A stretch of 64,000 nt of DNA from Utricularia gibba (lineage: Eukaryota > Plantae > Magnoliophyta), in the NCBI GenBank assembly GCA_002189035.1, contig NEEC01000010.1, positions 3,100,001-3,164,000 of the forward strand. Direction: 5' to 3'. This document shows, one piece after another, positions 26,715 through 38,309 of this stretch; within the stretch, counting starts at the first letter, position 1; the number at the start of each line of letters is the position of its first letter. The notes under the pieces are model-generated. The model was not told the origin of the DNA, ran no database searches, and was given only the letters and a program-made list of their open reading frames with translations. A program made the translations under genes and the position numbers.

Positions 26715-27324
26715 CAGCTTTGTCAGAAATCCGAAACACAATTTGCTCTTTTGGAGAGTTGATGTTCCCATGAACATAGTCGGCACCATCTTCGGAGGAT
26801 CCTTTGCTGCTTGCAAGGGAAATTCCAGTAAAAAAGAGCTTTTTTCTCTGCTGCTGTTTCCTGTTCCATCACGGATAATCGCTGCCAGAAGAAAGCTCAC
26901 TGCTCTGCAACACACAAAGACATTAGATACCATGTAAAACAGGATGCAAGCTTCCAGAGTGCATGTAAGGATAGGCAAGAAGCTTCTCTTCCTTGGAGAA
27001 ATAATAAGCAAGCAATGGCTGCTTCCCATGTGTGTTTACAACCTCCATTTGCTGTTCGAATTCCTGTTTTCTGATTCTCAAGTCCTCAAGCCGGTTAACA
27101 AGGATGGTTGCTTCGTCCCGAATAGCTTGAAAAGCAGTTCCACAGCTCCCCTTTCTGCAGAATATGAGTTTGTTCTTCTCTGCTGCTCGCACCTAACTTT
27201 CGAAATCCATGAACTTCAAGTTCTCATTCTTTCGAATATTGAAAGCTTGAGCTAAGTTTTTCAGGAACCAGAAAGCCATTTGCAGCATAGCAAAAGTCAA
27301 AAGGGAGACGATCAGCATAATCAT
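26715..27324 (-). pseudogene. Decayed LRR-III atypical receptor-like kinase (At5g58300-like) pseudogene
   Basis: TM-like MIMLIVSLLTFAMLQMAFWFL, then DFES*VRAAEKNKLIF (cf. DFGSGVQEAEKNKLVF; TAG at 27193-27195), KGSCGTAFQA, KQEFEQQMEVV, PLLAYYFSKEEKLL, LHG|intron, ISLASSKG, HGNINS, ISD. Contains a nonsense codon and multi-codon deletions. Confidence 0.85.
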
Positions 27325-28288
27325 CCTCTTCCCTTTGAAAGAAGTCAGTAGGAAATCAAAAGGAAATAGTCATCTGATCAAACAAATCACCAAAGTTTTC
27401 AACTTTCCGCTTTACTAAGCCCCTAATTTTGCATCACTCCAGGCGTGCAAGAACCAACCTTCAAAAACATCCGAAAACAGGCGATTTGGTTTGGAAAGGC
27501 TGAAAAAGAAAAAAAACAGTCTACTTTGGTGAAAAAGAACCAATCTTCAAAAACAGGAATTTACACACACAACATGCAATGCGTACAGGATTGAGAGGCG
27601 AGAAAGTGATGCATTAGCAGGAGACAGAGAAGGAGCCCTACAAAGATAAAAGAAAAGGCAAGGCTGAGATTTGTTCTCTCGATCCATAGCCATTTCAAAG
27701 ATCCCAACTTTTTCATACAAAATCACTTCTTTCGAAATCATCGCTCGGAAATAAAAAGAAAAACCAATAGCCAAAACAAATATGAAGAAGGTGTGAGATT
27801 TTTGCAGACTCCTCTTGTTCTTAAAACGGGTGCCCAGAATTTGAAATCCAACGGGAAGAAGGAAGGCCGTTAACCAACGTCGAGTAAGGGATGGGAGGTG
27901 TAAAAAATTCGTCGGCAACAAAGGTTACCACTTGCATTTATCATTCAAGAATCAAACATAAACAGACGGTTGCACCAGGTCTCAGTTTGTTTCCATGGCC
28001 ACCTTGACGTCAACGCAGTGTATCACTATTTTCCCACAAAAGCAAGCCACCTACCTGGCTCGCCTCTGTACCCCACTTGTAATAACGCAGTTTTGACCGT
28101 ATACGCGCATTTCTTCGAAGAATTTCAAGTGTTTGGTAAACAAGAAAAATATTTCTTTTGACTCTTCTATCGTATTTTTGTGTCCTGTGTGTACAAATCT
28201 TTAATTGATTTACCAACACTGTGATCCTTTGGTTGTAACATGCATTCGTAAAATATAATTTGATTACCTAACAATACCTCCACGCGAA

Positions 28289-28327
28289 GAGAGAGACAGA
28301 GACAGAGACAGAGACAGAGACAGAGAG
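28289..28327. repeat. (GAGACA)5 microsatellite in GA context; reads (TGTCTC)5 on minus strand
   Basis: GAGACA units start at 28293, 28299, 28305, 28311 and 28317, flanked by GAGA. Confidence 0.95.
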
Positions 28328-28619
28328 CCGCGCCTTCTTTTTACCCTTGGACTTCTCCCCGGAGATATGGTGTTGTTTGTCTGGTTGCTCTTCTCAAGAT
28401 TGATCAGTTCGATGACTGGGTGGTGAGCACACCGCTCGTTTCCCAATATTATATTTATTGATCCGAAAGAATTCTAGAATGTTGTGTGCTTTGTTGCCGG
28501 TGTTTGATAACCGTAGTTGAAGAAAACCCATTTCAAGAAGTGAGCCTGTTCGAACGGAATTTTGATTCTTTGACTGAAATTCGAAGCCCCTTTTGTTTTG
28601 GGGGCCGGGGGGATTTCTT

Positions 28620-30951
28620 ATGGAGAACTCAAGTGCTGATGCTGCGGATGTGGTGTCCGCTTCACCTGCAACGTCGGGAAATGGGGCAAGCTCTAGAATT
28701 CTCCGTTTCTTCCGGGCCCCTGTCTCGTCTTTGCTTGAATATTCGGAGCTTCTGAGGGTCCGACCCGATTTCGCGGAGGTCCGTACTTTAGTACCGGAGA
28801 GTATTCACGCCGCTGGAAGGCTTCGTAGGAGCTCAGAGTTGATTGATGGCAACGATCGGAGTGGTAGTAATGATAATGAAGCTGGGATTGGTGATAGCAA
28901 TGGTGAGGTTTCGATTAGGATTATTGGGGAGCCGGAGAGAATTAGGGGTTTGAGTAATGGGGATTATGATGCTAATGGAAATGGATTGGAGGCGGAGGTA
29001 TCATCTGCTGGAGCTGCTGCTGATAGTAGTCAGACGTTGAACAATGGAACTGATGGAAATAGCAACGGGGAAACGTCTCGTTATCAGAGATATGATATAC
29101 AACTGGTGGCTCGTTGGATCGAGCAATTTTTTCCATTTTCAATGCTTCTTATGGTTGTTTTTGTCCGCCAGCATTTGCAAGGTAATATCGAGATGGGACG
29201 TTGTTTTCTTATTTTCATCACATTGCTTCTCTTCGGAGGACTCAGTTGAAATCTTCCTTCATTTGATCAACTATGATAAAGATAATGAGGAATACCTGTG
29301 AACCTTTTCAGCTTTAACCTGTGCAAAAGGATTTCAATGTGTAGATTAAACATGCCCTGGTTATTGTTTTTCAGGATTCATCATTGTGGTCTATGTGACT
29401 TCCATCTTGTTCAAATCTAATTGCATTCTTCAGAAAGAAACGGCTCTGAAGGTGAGGCTTCGACCCTGCTTCGTATGCCTGGAGAACATGTTGGCAATGA
29501 ATTTTATTTACTTAAAGCTGGTTTTTCCAGGGGGAAAGAAAGATTTCACTCCTTGTTGGGTATTCCATACTCTTTATCCTGCACATTATTGGCGTCTACT
29601 GGTGGCTTCACAAGGATGGACTTTTCCACACACTACTCTTGATCCCCCAAAGGCGATTCCCCTTTCTGGCATGCTGTATTTGTTATTGTTGTCAATGGTA
29701 TGGATTTAGTTTTTTCTGCATTGCCATTTTACTCAATGCTCCGAAAACACTGTTTTAGCTGGGCCAGTTTTCCTCAAAAAGCATGTCAGGATTTATAGAC
29801 TCAGAGAAAAACTGGGTTTTTTCTCTGATAATTATGAGTGCTCAAACTGACTGCTTCTGTTTTAATGAATTTACATCGTATATTCTTGATATTGGTGGTT
29901 TGGACAGCAAGAAACCTCAAGTATTCATTCATTTGGCCATGCGTCTATTGCATAGTAGTTTTCAGTTACACTCATGTCTCTGTTAACTTATCAGATGCAC
30001 TAGTTCGACAAGCGGCTATGGTCATCAAGCTGTTAATCTTGATGTATTACAAGAACAGTCGGGGCCAAAGCTTTCGTAAGCAGGTACAAAGCAATCCCAG
30101 TTGGTGTTTTCCTTGTCTACAGGCATCAATCTGAGCTTCTGCGATGTTTAAATGGTGAACTGCAATTGTTGCTTTCAGGGCCAAATGCTAACACTAGTCG
30201 AATATGGCTTACTGCTCTACCGCACATTACTGCCTGCCCCTATATGGTACCGATTCTTCTTGAACAAAGAATATGGCAGTCTCTTTTCGTCGTTGATAAC
30301 AGGCCTGTATTTAACCTTCAAGCTTACAGCAGTTGTTGAGAAGGTATAACCTATCACACTTTCAATACATTGATACTGAGAGCAGGCCCATGTGCTGATG
30401 GATGACCAAATCGGAGTTTTTCACTCACTCTCTGCAGGTCCGGTCTCTCGTCATCTCTGTCAAGGTGTTGTCGAGAAAGGAAGTTCACTACGGTGCATAT
30501 GCAACATCAGAACAGGTAAGACTTGCACGTTCATTGCACTGAAGAAGCTATCTTTTCGGGTCTAGTGATCAAGTTTCTTCGCGTCTTTGGAGTTTGAACT
30601 CTACCCGGATTCATGGATACGGCTTTCCTCTGAGCAGGTGAATGCTGCCGGCGATATGTGCGCCATCTGCCAAGAGAAGATGCGCACTCCAGTACTGCTG
30701 CGGTGCAAACACATATTCTGCGATGACTGCGTCTCAGAATGGTGAGCCTCGGCTTTTAAGCTTTTATTTCCTACATGATTGTAGAAGACACCCGGATGCA
30801 GTTTCTGCTGAAGTTACAATCTCCGTTGCCACTTCCTTTCGTCAGGTTTGAACGCGAAAGAACGTGCCCTCTGTGCAGGGCCCTCGTCCGGCCCGCTGAT
30901 CTTCGATCATATGGCGATGGGTCGACAACTCTTTTCTTCCAGTTGTTTTAG
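28620..30951 (+). CDS. RING finger and transmembrane domain protein (RNFT1/2-like); two apparent 1-bp deletions at 29644-29662
   Basis: [23 protein letters not shown]; DALVRQAAM; [31 protein letters not shown]; C3HC4 [41 protein letters not shown]; [12 protein letters not shown]. Confidence 0.92.
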
Positions 30952-31489
30952 CGCTCGATCAGTCATCATGCAAGGTCACTTTGCGATGAGCATTGCACCT
31001 TCAGAAGAACCGAAAATGGAGAAACGCATTTACCAGAGAAACCTCTACTGTAGACACACAACCGGCTTCTTTTCTTTCAATGCTGGCTTCTATACTCTGT
31101 ACAGGTTTTTACGAGTAGCTTGGCTTCCCCATCTCCTTGACCATCCTCACAATGTCGGCCTTATGCCATCGTCTCTGTCTGCAAGATTCTTTTGATCATA
31201 GTGTAACCCATACACCAGCATCTGTAATCAGAAAACGCAGTTCACTGTACTCCAGCCGCCATTCTTAATTGGGCCAATTGGCTTGCGGCCCAGTCCTCAA
31301 ACCGCCGCGGACGTTTCCGTTTTCGCCCACTCGGACCTGATTTTTTCCCGGCGTTTGAAGTTTGGACACAATTCGATCCACACAGCGGCGACATTGCCGT
31401 CGTGCTCCCTCTTGCCCGCTGTTAATGATCCTTACCGGAAAAAAACTGTTGACCTTGATTTCGCTCTCTGTTTAGGCGAGGAAAAGGCG

Positions 31490-34400
31490 ATGTCAAGGTC
31501 CGTCAATGTAGACGCGGCTTCGACCCCGAAGCGCACTTTTCTGTACTTGCTAGGTGTGTGAAATGGATTCTGGTTTTGGGGTTTCTTCTTTTATTTCTGA
31601 GTTTTCTCTCAGTTCATCGTGTAACTGTGATGGGAAATAGAGAGGGAGAGATGTTGGGGTTATGGTTTCGTACGTTGGTCGTCCTGATCGCTCAGCTAAC
31701 GCAATGTAATGCCTGCTAGGTACCCAATTTTTTTCAAGGCTAATACCATTTCTATTCAATTTAGAGATTGTTAGACACCTCGATGACAGAGACTGTGCGG
31801 TAAGCATATCTTGGAACTTCAACTCTGCGTTTTCAATTCGTGACTTGGTGTATTGTTCCTGAAAAAATGCCATTGTTAGCTAGAATTGCACAATCGGGAA
31901 GGAATCTGATATGTGTTTTAACATATTTTGCTGACCAGAAATTGCTTTTATTTTGTTTCTGTGCATGGATTCTTACACTTACTGTGTCAACCAAGCGCAG
32001 TTATATGCCATACAGTTCCCTTTGTTTGTTACCTGCGTATTGTTTCTCAGCAGAGAGGGGTTCCGGAGAGCGTGCATGCGGGCTGAATTGAACAGGTAAC
32101 TTTGACGTTTGATGCTGTTGCCTATGAATCCATTGCTGTTTATCGATCTGCGTGTTCTGTTGATTGATTTAGCTATATTCTGCAGTAATGATGCTTCATC
32201 CAGAGAAATGGATGTAGCTCGTCTTTTGAAAATCGCATGGATAAGTTGTCCCTTGGGAATTGTAATTACTGGTTTCGCATGTATTCTTTTATTCTGGTGG
32301 CAAGGCCTAAGTTATCCTATTCCTTATGCACAGGCTATTTTGATAAACGGTGAGTTGATCGTTTAACCAAGCATCTCTTACTTTGTATTGCCGTTGTACT
32401 ACCATACCGTTGTACATCAGCATTAGAATTTGATAGAAGTTGCTCCCTAAGTTACAGGACTTTTTGTGTTTTTTTTTACTCTTAATTTAGCCCGCTTTTG
32501 ATATTTCTTCCCAGTCATTCCTTTAATTGCTTTTTATACGATGAATGCTACCTTTTTTTTTTTTCTAAATCTTTTCATCAACTCGCAGGCTTTGCATGCG
32601 TATTGGAAATAATGGCAGAGCCTTTATATATTTTGGCCCAGAACCTTTTTCTTCTCAAGCTGAGGCTGTTTACAGAAGCTGTTGCTACCTTCTCACGTTG
32701 TATACTTACATACGTATTCATTGTAAAGCAGCCCGGTCAGGTTATTTAATGGTCTTCAAGTATAAGGTTTTTGGGATGTTTTAAGCTGTGAGGCCAATGC
32801 TGATGGGTTCCTGCTTAGGCTTACTGACTGAAATAATTACTTTCAGTTTCAGGAGAAAGCAATTGTATTTGCGTTATCACAGCTTGCATATGGAGCAGTT
32901 TTGTTCTTAGGTTATTGGGGCCACTTTCTTCTCTTTCAGCCATACAAGCCTTCTGTTCTATTCCCATTTAGGTGCTCATATTCGTTACTGTTAGCAATAA
33001 AAATTAATGGATGAGTATAACATATTTTCCTTAGGACTACCAAAACTTTGTAACCGCTGTGGTGGTTTTTTTATTCCATCAAACATCTTAATTGTTTCTG
33101 CATCAAAGTAGTCAACACACATTATGGTGGGTGTGCGCAATCCAATGATGGTAATTGTTGCAGGATGGGCTCCACAGTATCTTATGATCAGTCTCTTGTT
33201 AAGATGTGTAAGGTTCTTACATTCCAATCCTTCCGCAAGTTGATTCTCCAAGAAGGTGAAAAAATGGTCCTTGTTTGGTTTGATAGTCCATATAACCAAG
33301 CCGCATATGGACTTATAGATAGACTAGGTAAGTGATTTTGTTCTATTTTGCTAGATATTTTACATGTTTTTTTCAATCCATTAAGAAATTACGCTTGACT
33401 ATTATCAGACACCCGTTAGGAATATTAGATTCATCTCACAGGTAGCTTGGTTGTGAGGCTGATTTTCCTACCTTTTGAAGAGAGTGCCTATGCGACATTC
33501 GCAAAATTTGCATCAGGTTTATTTCTTTCTTTCTGAATTGCCCTGTGTAATAGTTGTGATGTGCCAGTATGTTTTTATCTCTGGGACTTAAGTGCCCTGC
33601 ACACAGGAAGTAATGATGGTAAACAAAAAATGAAGAATCTTGGAAGGTGGCTTTCCGATGCAATGAAGCTTGTTTTGCTTATAGGTATGTTTTTTCTTCA
33701 GAATTTGAGTGATTTTATTCGATGGAGCATGCCATCATTTGTGCGAGTCGCCAGGTACATATCTTCTTCCTTTCTATGAGATTGAGTTAATTTGGGTGAG
33801 TTATGGGCCTTCAAGTGAATATTGTGTGAGATTGATTGGCGATAGTCTTTTGAAGGGGTATGCTATTTCTACCTCTTCTAAGTGCTTTTTGAATTTCTTT
33901 CAGGGCTTGCAGTCATCTCTTTTGGACCAAGCTATTCGTATTCCCTTTTGCGGTTGCAGTATGGTCGGAAATGGAGTGACGGCGAAGCAGCCACAGTGCT
34001 TCAGTACTATTGCCTCTATGTGATGCTTCTAGCTATGAACGGTGCATGATAACCCTCCCCTCTGCCCTTGAGCTTGTTCCTGCACTACTGAGTTCAACTA
34101 ACATGGCTCGTCCTCCAGGAACTTCTGAGGCATTTATGCATGCAGTTGCCACTGAGAGCGACCTCAAAAAGTCGAATGATTCAATACTTGTCTTCTCAGT
34201 TATCTACATATTCCTGAATATCTCATTGATCAGAACGGCGGGTGCAGTCGGTTTAATATTAGCCAATTCCTTGAGTATCCTTTAACAATGGTTTGTTCAG
34301 TGCCATATTTCTCTCAGAATCACCAAAAATCCCATAAGGAATCTGTTTGCAGAAGAATCCCAGCATTTGGTTTGCCTCCTTGACCTTGATCATAGACATG

Positions 34401-34836
34401 CTTTCGAGGATCGCTTACTCTACCATCTTCATTTCCAAATATTTCAAGGTACGGTTGATAGTAAACCAACCTTCAGTTGCCTAAACGTGAATACTTCACG
34501 CATTATGTGTCTTCTTCTCAGGACGACCCTTCGTCGTTTTCCTTCAAGGACTGCATCCCTTCAGGCTACCAGTTTCTTCTACTTTCAGGTGCAATCTGCC
34601 TCACCGCGGAGAAAGCACTCTTGAACCGAGATAACTTCTGGCCTACATTCGCTCTTCACTTCGTCGTCGGTTTTGCTTGTGTTTGTACCTCAGCTTTCAT
34701 CATGTGAGCCATCCATTGCCGCTTGTTCTCCGATCTCCCGGATTCTTTCGTTATAATGCTTTCTTTTTGAATCAGCTACACAAAGGAGAAGCCGCTCATC
34801 GGCAGAATGATTCGTTCCCGGCGGCATGCGGATTGA
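31490..34836 (+). CDS. RFT1: Protein RFT1 homolog (lipid-linked oligosaccharide translocation factor)
   Basis: [25 protein letters not shown]; [13 protein letters not shown]; [13 protein letters not shown]; [15 protein letters not shown]; [13 protein letters not shown]; ILANSLNM. Confidence 0.94.
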
Positions 34837-35589
34837 AGATGCAGGGAGCCGCCGCACCCTTTTTCTCAAGGTTAGATTATACCAGTGTAAACCTGTTTTA
34901 TCAAATTTTTAGTTTAAATGAATTATATGTAATTTTAAATTTAGATAATTATTTTATTTTTCATGAATTAAAAATCAAATAAATAATAAAACCGGCACAT
35001 GCTGAATTGGCTACCGGACGTTACGGCCCTCATTAAATTGGGAACGTGATGATTCTCTCAAATTTGGACCAGTAGAACGTGTCTTGTGATGATTGGGCCC
35101 AGATTGGGTCGCTAGGTCCATTTCACCCTCCCAAGGGGGGAGGGGGGAGAGGGAGTCGCATTTTGTCTGAGAGGCAGGAAATTCGATTCAATACCGAGGA
35201 ATATCGACGCCCCCAGTGCCCTTCCGTGGTCCAATCAATTGGATTTCGGCGACGGCTTAGTGCCCCAAGTTGCCCTCCTCTCTCCCTCGGCGCCGTGCGT
35301 GCTTCTGAATCCGTTCAGGTTCAACTTCCGTGTGAAATCTATGGCGGTGTCAAGGGGTTTCTGTGGACATGGGAGAATAGTTTGTTGCCGCTGGGTTTCT
35401 TGATTTTTGGTTGGAGGGCTTGTTGAGGTCTCAATTGCATGTAGAGGACTTCGTCTGTCATTTCTGTGGTGGAGGGTGTCGTTGCCCCCGTTGAAGGTAC
35501 GGGGTGTATGAGATTCAAGGAGAGGGTGTGTCGTTCTTAGGGTTTATTGAGATTCTGAGGTAGAGTGAAGGGTTTGGGCGTGATTGGGG

Positions 35590-37707
35590 ATGGATGGGAG
35601 GAGGATAACGGCGAGTCCGCGGCCTTGCGCAGGGCGACGAGTGTTGGCGAAGAAGCGGCCACGGGCTGGTTCAGATGGGTTTGTTAATAGCGTCAAGAAG
35701 TTGCAGAGGAGGGAGATATCTTCCAAGCGGGACCGTGCGTTCAGCATGAGTGATGCCGAAGAGAGATTTCGAAACATTCGTCTTCAGGTTTCTTTGTTTT
35801 TTAAGTTTCTTAGTGTAGATTTTCTTAAGCGGGGAAGGGAACCTGGAGTGGCAAAATATATCCACCTTTGAAAGCCTAAAGCTTTGTCGATTAGACTCAA
35901 CACCATCGACCTTATTGCCGCAGGAGGAATATGATACCCATGATCCAAAAGGTTATTGTCCCCTGTCGCTGGCATTCTTCAGGGATAGGTCAAAAATCAT
36001 TGAGATCGTTGCTGCTCGGGATATTGTATTTTCTCTGGCGCAGTCTGGTGTGTGTGCAGCATTTAGCCGAGGTTGGACTGCCTTAATGATCATGTATTTT
36101 ATACTGATACTCTTGTTTATGTTATTGGGATGAGACAACGAATTTTTTGTGCTGGCTGCAGACAAAAATGAGAGGATATGCTTTCTGAATGTCTGCCCGG
36201 ATGAAGTTATTCGCAGTTTATTTTACAACAAGAATAATGACTCACTCATCACTGTCTCTGTCTACGCTTCAGATAACTTTAGCTCCTTGAAATGCAGAAC
36301 CACAAGGATTGAGTATGGAATTGCATCTGACTCGCACTCTTATCATCGTCTTTTAAACTTTTGGTTCATGATTTTCTCATCACAGATATGTGCAGATACA
36401 TACGAAGGGGAATGCCTGATGCTGGCTTCCCTCTCTTCGAATCCGAGTCATTGAAGTGGCCAGGATTTGTAGAATTTGATGATGTGAATGCAAAAGTACT
36501 CACTTATTCTGCTCAGGATAGGCAAGTGCCTGATTTGAAAACAGTTTTGAACTTTTTTTTCTCTATTTATTTTTATCTTGCTGCATTTGCTGATTTATAT
36601 TTGGTGTCCCTTTTTTGTGTTTTTCAGCATATATAAAGTGTTCGACTTAAAAAACTACACAATGCTGTACTCCATTTCTGACAAAAATGTCCAAGAGATT
36701 AAGATAAGGTGATAATGGCCTGTCCTGTGACATCAGACTGTACAATATGCACAAGAATTAGCTAGTTTAGTCTGCTGAACCCGCCTGCTTTCTATTTTGG
36801 AGAACAGTCCAGGTATCATGCTGTTAATCTTTACAAAAACACCGGGAGGTGTCCCTTTGAAGATCCTTTCCATTGAGGATGGAACTGTTCTCAAGTCTTT
36901 CTGTCACCTCCTCCACCGAAACAAGAAGGTGGATTTCATTGAGCAATTCAATGAAAAGCTTCTCGTCAAGCAAGACAATGAGAACTTGCAGATTCGAGAT
37001 GTAAGTCATGCTCAACTTCTATAGTACCTTGTGCATGGGTGACATCTCTGTTAGCTTGCTTCCGCAGGTACGAGATGGCGTTATAACTGAAGTCAGCCGG
37101 ACAGAGTTCATGACCCCATCTGCATTCATATTTCTTTACGAGAACCAGTTGTTTTTAACTTTCAGAAACCGGACGGTTGCTGTATGGAACTTCAGAGGGG
37201 AGCTCGTAACCTCATTTGAGGACCACCTTCTATGGCATCCCGACTGCAACACCAACAACATCTACATCACCAGTGACCAGGACCTCATTATTTCCTATTG
37301 CAAATCGGATTCCGATGAACCATTATCCGATAGAAGCAGTAAGTCCTGCTCAATAATTTCCATATATCCATCCTTTCAAGCTTAACTTTCTTTATCCTGA
37401 TTATCCTCTTTCCCTTGTTGCTGCTGCTGCTGCCGCAGCAGCTGGATCCATCAACATCAGCAATATCCTCACGGGAAAGTGCCTTGCCAAGATTACAGCC
37501 GGCAATGGCCGCCCTGTCAGCGAGTGCAGCTGCAGCACAAATTGTGGTGGGAGAAGTTGCAGGCCAGGTAAACGCCTGAAAACATCTAGCACACGAAACG
37601 CCGTCGCGGAGGCCCTGGAGGATATCACCGCCCTCTTCTACGACGAAGACCGCAATGAGATCTACACCGGGAATAAGATGGGCCTCGTCCATGTTTGGTC
37701 CAACTAG
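35590..37707 (+). CDS. Conserved plant WD40-like protein (At3g54190/At2g38630-like)
   Basis: MDGRRITASPRPCAGRRVLAKKR; EEYDTHDPKG; IRSLFYNKNNDSLITVSVYASDN; FESESLKWPGFVEFDDVN; LWHPDCNTNNIYITSDQDLIISYCK; ends VHVWSN*. Family assignment is from memory. Confidence 0.8.
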
Positions 37708-38309
37708 ACGAGCTTCTCCTACGTCTCGCCGGAAAGAAATCGACCGCCGTGCCGGAGTTTGTATTTGTATGCCTGCCAGAAGGTTAGGGTGCTCTTAGCT
37801 CTGTATGTAGTTGCTTCTCCCATTGATTTCATCTGGATAACCTAACCAGAAAGCTGCATGTTGCTGGGTAACTGCAATCATTAAAAAAATATCGTTTTTT
37901 AATAATTCAAAACTGATTGGGCTTGACCCAAACCAGGGCCTGGGTCCACACTACTCCGGGCGTGAGCCTGGGCTTTTGAGCCCAAATAAAAAATGTAATT
38001 AAGTGAAAAAAATGTTATCCCAGAGGAATAAATAAATAAATTCAGTAGCAGAAACAGCATGCTTTTTGAAGGATAAGGTTCTCTCCAAGGTGAGATTGCC
38101 CCATTGTTGCTGTAGGCGATCCAGGAATATTTGTGATGTTATCTGTTTAGCTTCGCATTCTTTAGATGCATACAGCAATTCATTGTAGCGTTTTATCCTG
38201 TGATAGCTCGTAATCTGCGCGCGTAAAGTTTAATGCTCTGAGGTTGATATTCTTTTGTCGTCTCAAGGGATTTGCTGTCTCAGTTGTTCCGAAATTGAGC
38301 AGAAATTGA

